Below, piece by piece: positions 27,601 through 31,809 of a stretch of DNA of 31,809 nt. Source of the DNA: a virus (lineage: Duplodnaviria; Caudoviricetes); the IMG/VR virus record IMGVR_UViG_3300044676_002282, positions 1 to 31,809 of that record; one strand, written 5' to 3'. Every line of letters begins with the position of its first letter. Positions within the stretch are counted from its first letter, which is position 1. Made by a program: the position numbers and the translations under genes. The notes beneath the pieces are model-generated. The model saw only the letters and a list, made by a program, of their open reading frames with translations, had not been told where the DNA came from and did not search any database.

Positions 27601-30600
27601 TATTTAGCCAATACATACCAAAGCACTATTTCTAGTATGGAAATACTTAAAATAAGAACTAATTACAAAAACTTATTTAAAAAAGAAAAAATGGGCTTTG
27701 TAGATGTTAAAACTAAAAAGTCTGATAAACCTAGTCTTAAAAAAGACAGTAACTATAGGCTAGATATATTTAGAAACACTACTAACAAAGCTGAGTTTAC
27801 AAAATACCATACTGAAGGCAAGAAAAACAAGTTAATAGCTAATCAAAGAAACTTAGCCTTAATGAGAGCTGAAGCAGAGGCTGTTAGAGCTGCTGAAAAC
27901 TACATACAAAACAATTCTACAAACCCAGGTCAACTTTTTAGTTCATCGCTTAGAACTTTTGTTGATAGCAAAACTATAGAAAAACAAAAACAAGAAGACA
28001 AAAGCTTTGATAGTGTTAAGTATTCTAAGCAAAAAATAAACACAGCTTTAGCAATTGCAGATGCTTATATGTCTAATAAAAACGTTTTTGATAATTATGG
28101 TAAACTACTGCCTCCATACAGTGGCTTTTTGAAAAACAAAAAAGACATGGAAGAGATTGGTGATTTTATTTGGGCAAACACGCCACTGCTACAAGGTTAT
28201 GAAAGCTGGAATCAGTTCATGGCTAGAGCATACGACAAGCTTGCTAAAGCCGGCGAGAGAGGTACTGATTATGAAAAAAACCTAATTGACGTTGCTTTAA
28301 TACTTGAAAAAAGAATTAACGATCCAAAAGTATTTAAAGTTATAAGTAGAAAACCTTCAGAAAAAGACGCTTTGCCAGACGTGATAGTAGAAATCCACGG
28401 CGTGCAAATGAATATTGAAGCTAAAATGTTTAAAGCTCAATACGGTAGCTTTACGCACAGCGTTGTAAATCAAGATGGAAAACAAATTTTTAATGTTAAA
28501 AAAGAATACTCGACAGAACTAAAGAAAATTTTAAAAGAATTAGAGGCAGAGACTTTAAAAGGCATTGAGGTTGCCAAAAACTTTTTAAAATCACCAAAAG
28601 ATAGCAACGGTAATGACAAGAAAGTTATTGAGTGGGACGGGATAAAAAAAATACCAGTAGAAGGTCATAATCAGCTCATGGATAATATTAACCCTGATAC
28701 GGGAAAAAGTTATTTCAAAGGTGTAGGTGCTACAATACCGTTTCCTTTAAAATACATTGCAGAGCTTTATAATCTTAAAAAACACCAAGTACATTTAATA
28801 CAGTTAATGGGTAGAGGTTTGTTTAGTATGGGTGGTGATATTTATCAATTTGGTATAACATCGTTAGAAAGCGGTGGAGATGGATTTATAACCATGCGTG
28901 CTAGTTCTAACTCTTACAAGACTGCTGCTACAGAGGCTGATGCTAAAAACATGCCAAACAGAAGTGTGTTTAAGAATGGTAAAAACGGTGAGAAATGGAA
29001 AGTGCCAAGACCATTTAAAACATATGCTTTTAGATCTTTTCCAGGAATAAGCCCACAGGTGTTAGACGATATGAAATCACCACAGTCAATTGGTAACGTT
29101 GCTGGGTTACAAAAAATAATTAATGACAAGCGTATTCAAATGGGGTTAGAAGCTATTAAGTTTTCTAAAACTTTAGCTAAAAGAGCTAATGAATCTCAAG
29201 AACTGTATAACGCTGTTAATTTTTCAAGAACAGTAAACAAACCAAAAGGTATAACTGTTTTAGACTTTGACGATACACTAGCCACAACTAAATCTTTAGT
29301 TAAATACACAACTCCAGATGGTAAAACTGGTACTTTAAATGCAGAGCAATACGCTAGCACTTACGAAAGCTTGTTAGATCAAGGTTATGAATTTGACTTT
29401 TCTGATTTTAATAAAGTTGTAAAAGGTAAGTTAGCACCGTTGTTTAATAAAGCAATAAAACTACAAGGTAAGTTTGGTCCTGAAAACATGTTTGTGTTAA
29501 CAGCAAGGCCTGCAGCCGCTCAACAAGCTATATTTGACTTTTTAAAAGCTAACGGTTTAAATATACCTTTAGAAAATATAACTGGACTAGGTAACTCTAC
29601 AGCAGAAGCTAAAGCACTTTGGATTGCTGAAAAGGTTGGTGATGGTTATAACGACTTTTACTTCGCTGATGACGCATTACAAAACGTGCAAGCTGTTAAA
29701 AACATGTTAGATCAATTTGACGTTAAGTCAAAAGTACAACAAGCTAAAGTTAAATTTAGCAAAACTCTAAATGATAAATTTAACGACCAGCTACAAGACG
29801 TTACTGGTATAGAGTCTTTTAAACGCTTTGAAAGAACTAAGGCTAGAAAGCGTGGTGCTGATAAAGGTAAATTTAGAGTGTTTATACCACCATCACATGA
29901 AGATTTTGTAGGTTTACTATATAACTTTATGGGTAAAGGCAAGCAGGGCGATGCTCATAGAGAATTTTTAGAGCAAGCGTTAGTTAGACCTTTAAATAGA
30001 GCTTATAAAGAAATAGACACTGCTAAACAGGCTGTGGCAAACGACTACAAAGCTTTAAACAAAGAAATGCCTGAGATTAATAAAATGCTTATTAAAGAAA
30101 CTCCTGACGGTGATTTTACATACGAAGATGCTGTAAGAGTATACTTGTGGGACAAACACGGTTACGACATACCTGGCTTAAGCACTGTTGACCAAAAAAA
30201 TTTAGTTGATTTAGTTAAATTAGACCCTATGCTTAGGTCTTACGCCGATTCTGTAAACTCAATATCTAAACAAAAAGAATATGTAGGCCCAGGTCCTAGT
30301 TGGGAAAATGGTAATATAAGAATAGATTTAGTAGATGCAACCGGTAGGGTTGGTAGAGCACAATATCTTAAAGAATTTCAGGAAAATGCTGATGTAATAT
30401 TTTCGGAAGAAAACTTAAATAAAATTGAAGCAGCGTTTGGAACGCCTTTTAGAGAAGCTTTAGAAGATATGCTTTATAGAATTAAAACTGGTATTAATAG
30501 GCCAAAAGGCTCTAGCGCAAAGCCAAATATGTTTATGAATTGGTTAAACGCTTCTGTTGCTGGTGTCATGTTTTTTAACGTAAGATCTGCTTTGCTACAG

Positions 30601-31809
30601 CAAATGTCTAACGTCAATTATTTAAACTTCGCTGATAACAATATATTTGCCGCTGCTAAAGCTTTTGCAAATCAACCGCAATATTGGAAAGACTTTGCAA
30701 TGATATTTAATTCAGATATGCTAAAACAAAGGCGTGGTGGTTTACAAACGGATATTAACGGTGCTGAGCTTGCTGAGGCTATTAAAAAAGCTAGACCAGG
30801 AAACATATTTGACCAAGTAGCTATTATAACTGGTAAAGCTCTTAGACTTGGCTTTTTACCTACACAAATTGGTGATAACATTGCAATTGCAACTGGTGGA
30901 GCTACTTTTTACAGAAATAGAGTTAACAAGTACATTAAAGATGGACTAAGCCAAAAAGAAGCCGAAGAAAAAGCATTTACAGACTTCCAAGATTTAACGC
31001 AGTCAACACAACAGTCTGCAAGACCTGATATGACCTCACAACAGCAAGCAAGTTGGATGGGTAAATTAATATTAAACTTTTTAAATACACCTTCGCAGTA
31101 CAATAGAATAATTAAAAAAGCAGGTTCTGATATTCTTAACAAAAGAATAACACCGCCTAATACTTCTTTAATGCAAAGTAATATGTCTAACATGTCTAGA
31201 ATATTGTATTATGGTGCTGCTCAAAATTTAATATTTTATTCTTTACAAACAGCTTTGTTTGCTGTAATGTTTGGGAGCGAAGATGAAGATGAAGAAAAAA
31301 GAGTTGAGCAGTTTTTAAAGAAAAAAGAAAGAGTTATAAGTGGCTCTATAGACACTATACTAAGAGGCTCTGGTATATATGGAGTTGCAGTCTCTACTTT
31401 AAAAAATATGACTATTAAGTTTTTAGAACAAAGAGAGCCTGGTTATAACAAAGACGAAAGCGCTGTATTAATGGAGCTTGCAAACTTTTCGCCTGTTTTA
31501 GGTATTAAATTTAGACGAATTGTTAACGCTGAAAAAACTCTTAATTATAACGTTGGTGTTATAAACGAGATGGAAACTTTTGACGTTGACAACCCACAAT
31601 GGTCTGCGGCTACAAACTACATACAGTCTTTAACTACACTGCCTACAAACAAACTATATCAAAAATCAATAAACCTTAGAAACGCTGCTGATAGAGATTA
31701 TACAGCTTTACAAAGATTATTATTTTTGTCTGGTTACACTACTTGGAGTTTAAACCTTGGTGATACTAAAAAAATGGAAAAAATAAAAGAAGAGATAAAG
31801 GCTAAAAAG
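24658..31809 (+). CDS. Giant multidomain (polyvalent) ejection protein, 3'-truncated, at least 2384 aa; missing from the ORF track
   Basis: ATG 24658 lies one base after the previous TAA. Manual reading finds no in-frame stop to the window end (MPRYVHANGFEY...KIKEEIKAKK). Confidence 0.9.
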   Translation, partial: MPRYVHANGFEYKKEDLENYAEAEGLSLDDYISQNNISVDESGDISIIEGLKNEILNTKGEAAKIGYDIWTSTAEAFIKPVLGEEAALFFLGGDVQGKTGWVDPDNGQVVAFDKAAYDRDGYDAVENQRYYELAKINSKGGKIQQVNVETGEDVGVAYAKMLQQRFDEGKEIEESKRQTVDVGSEGFLNAVKSGEFDDALVSAIGFIKQTAMHAVAARLTMGTSMAATMIGSSWVSYNEQKAKAIYGDDPDGFSKLVENDQDESAIPAALGAIGYVMERAGYKGMMKELAKKSFTGKKAVSLLMTGNKEGVTEYGQGLTERLNENLGKQMSLEESVKDVGSYMWTEQAWDNYFAGVIGGTGMTGGGKAIQGALRSDPTSNQFINKKINNIAALTEEMAKAGSKKELKQIEDQIQIEETDLKDYLESNKKLGEYLNEGEITSLTDLVNKRRDTSAEIVNLKKGLKRGAISQASFDVQAKVLFENLNKIDADVKNIKVAANMRLLKADLDSGDIFVGDVKGLEQVRYETNEEFMAALKKEYKLKGIKMPKMENINVNGTKIGNKLLINMEVAAEQNAVATSTHEVLHGIVKSTLQADDASGNLSAKGENMVKMFMNQIGSSTLAKIEKALDDGEYRFAEYDDDGVGVPGTELDFKEYGEEYLTIYAQLSKEGNLNKNSLQKAASWFTNLWNNESDFKEIGFETGEQIQNFLDAYVQDTKKGEFRQEFKDLAAQGVKMKGGKIDFSKKQKDIAKKTLDDIGNSGEYDPANNQEQNKKIVEQTPAMVKVQVDNYFNNRPSLKADKSVREEVQAEILFRLINPSKTGRTDINGFDPTINDSLYGYLNKRINYRMLDTFKENPTIVPDFTKVDLEDAAKFLTTEDAATTKKTEGVKTKLVQTKARQLTSLADLDIENETVIIDGAETTILKEVSKKQLKKIIEENPADVVGQIQKTLIPDLAEFIRKEMGVVGEKKGELVIPDTYKAYLANTYQSTISSMEILKIRTNYKNLFKKEKMGFVDVKTKKSDKPSLKKDSNYRLDIFRNTTNKAEFTKYHTEGKKNKLIANQRNLALMRAEAEAVRAAENYIQNNSTNPGQLFSSSLRTFVDSKTIEKQKQEDKSFDSVKYSKQKINTALAIADAYMSNKNVFDNYGKLLPPYSGFLKNKKDMEEIGDFIWANTPLLQGYESWNQFMARAYDKLAKAGERGTDYEKNLIDVALILEKRINDPKVFKVISRKPSEKDALPDVIVEIHGVQMNIEAKMFKAQYGSFTHSVVNQDGKQIFNVKKEYSTELKKILKELEAETLKGIEVAKNFLKSPKDSNGNDKKVIEWDGIKKIPVEGHNQLMDNINPDTGKSYFKGVGATIPFPLKYIAELYNLKKHQVHLIQLMGRGLFSMGGDIYQFGITSLESGGDGFITMRASSNSYKTAATEADAKNMPNRSVFKNGKNGEKWKVPRPFKTYAFRSFPGISPQVLDDMKSPQSIGNVAGLQKIINDKRIQMGLEAIKFSKTLAKRANESQELYNAVNFSRTVNKPKGITVLDFDDTLATTKSLVKYTTPDGKTGTLNAEQYASTYESLLDQGYEFDFSDFNKVVKGKLAPLFNKAIKLQGKFGPENMFVLTARPAAAQQAIFDFLKANGLNIPLENITGLGNSTAEAKALWIAEKVGDGYNDFYFADDALQNVQAVKNMLDQFDVKSKVQQAKVKFSKTLNDKFNDQLQDVTGIESFKRFERTKARKRGADKGKFRVFIPPSHEDFVGLLYNFMGKGKQGDAHREFLEQALVRPLNRAYKEIDTAKQAVANDYKALNKEMPEINKMLIKETPDGDFTYEDAVRVYLWDKHGYDIPGLSTVDQKNLVDLVKLDPMLRSYADSVNSISKQKEYVGPGPSWENGNIRIDLVDATGRVGRAQYLKEFQENADVIFSEENLNKIEAAFGTPFREALEDMLYRIKTGINRPKGSSAKPNMFMNWLNASVAGVMFFNVRSALLQQMSNVNYLNFADNNIFAAAKAFANQPQYWKDFAMIFNSDMLKQRRGGLQTDINGAELAEAIKKARPGNIFDQVAIITGKALRLGFLPTQIGDNIAIATGGATFYRNRVNKYIKDGLSQKEAEEKAFTDFQDLTQSTQQSARPDMTSQQQASWMGKLILNFLNTPSQYNRIIKKAGSDILNKRITPPNTSLMQSNMSNMSRILYYGAAQNLIFYSLQTALFAVMFGSEDEDEEKRVEQFLKKKERVISGSIDTILRGSGIYGVAVSTLKNMTIKFLEQREPGYNKDESAVLMELANFSPVLGIKFRRIVNAEKTLNYNVGVINEMETFDVDNPQWSAATNYIQSLTTLPTNKLYQKSINLRNAADRDYTALQRLLFLSGYTTWSLNLGDTKKMEKIKEEIKAKK
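26221..26820 (+). other. Zincin-like metallopeptidase domain within the giant ORF
   Basis: Strand LLINME, then STHEVLHGIV (HExxH at 26398-26412), then GEEYLT (EE at 26626-26631) as candidate third zinc ligand. Boundaries approximate. Confidence 0.7.
26971..27222 (+). other. Sigma-70 region-2-like domain within the giant ORF
   Basis: IVEQTPAMVKVQVDNYF (region 2.1-like), REEVQAEILFRLI (2.2-like) and FDPTINDSLYGYLNKRINYRMLDTFK (2.3-2.4-like; compare FDPxrgxxfstYaxxxIrxxilDylr). Confidence 0.55.
28255..28860 (+). other. PD-(D/E)xK restriction-endonuclease-fold domain within the giant ORF
   Basis: RGTDYEKNL helix, LPDVIVEI (PD at 28375-28380) and MNIEAKM (ExK at 28417-28425). Confidence 0.7.
29248..29745 (+). 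other. HAD-superfamily phosphatase domain within the giant ORF
   Basis: All four HAD motifs in order: ITVLDFDDTLA (DxD at 29263), FVLTAR (29491-29508), Lys at 29611 and FYFADDALQN (DD at 29668-29673). Confidence 0.85.

Noticed and set aside
24278-31193. Minus-strand ORFs in the track over the right end (e.g. 25923-26396, 29712-29942, 30909-31193)
   Set aside because: They are antisense shadows of the long + strand genes, with L/S/F-rich composition and no recognisable motifs.
1-31809. Stop-codon reassignment as in some crAss-like phages
   Set aside because: All long genes are intact under the standard code, and TAG (1922, 10566, 13837) and TGA (3046) end genes at sensible positions.
24658-31809. 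Virion RNA polymerase as in crAss-like phages
   Set aside because: No DxDxD catalytic motif (such as DFDID) was seen in the translated part; DFDDT here belongs to a full HAD motif set. The gene is truncated, so sequence beyond the window is unknown.
1-31809. CRISPR array, tRNA, rRNA, integrase or transposase
   Set aside because: Intergenic gaps are all about 70 nt or shorter, and no such repeats, structures or motifs were seen.

Overview
AT-rich, single-strand-coded (+) virion morphogenesis region of a tailed dsDNA phage with podovirus-like gene order. The crAss-like head/tail genes and A/T-rich leaders without Shine-Dalgarno motifs suggest a Bacteroidota, probably Flavobacteriia, host (inference). 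Order: 5'-truncated fibre/spike gene with lectin-like repeats; small ORFs including a tandem GroES-like protein; small and large terminase; portal; scaffold; major capsid protein with a UUCG terminator; head-tail ring proteins; a 2061-aa tail nozzle/stabilisation protein; accessory tail proteins; three putative ejection proteins. The ORF track omits the largest gene: an uninterrupted ORF from ATG 24658 to the window end (at least 2384 aa), which I translated by hand. It carries a HExxH zincin-like protease, a sigma-70 region-2-like segment, a PD-(D/E)xK nuclease, a HAD phosphatase and a helical C-terminal region. A recurring [VI]x[FY]S[KR] motif separates these modules. The main hypothesis is a self-processing, virion-injected polyprotein that delivers a sigma-like factor and effectors. 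No database searches were run, so family calls rest on motifs and synteny.
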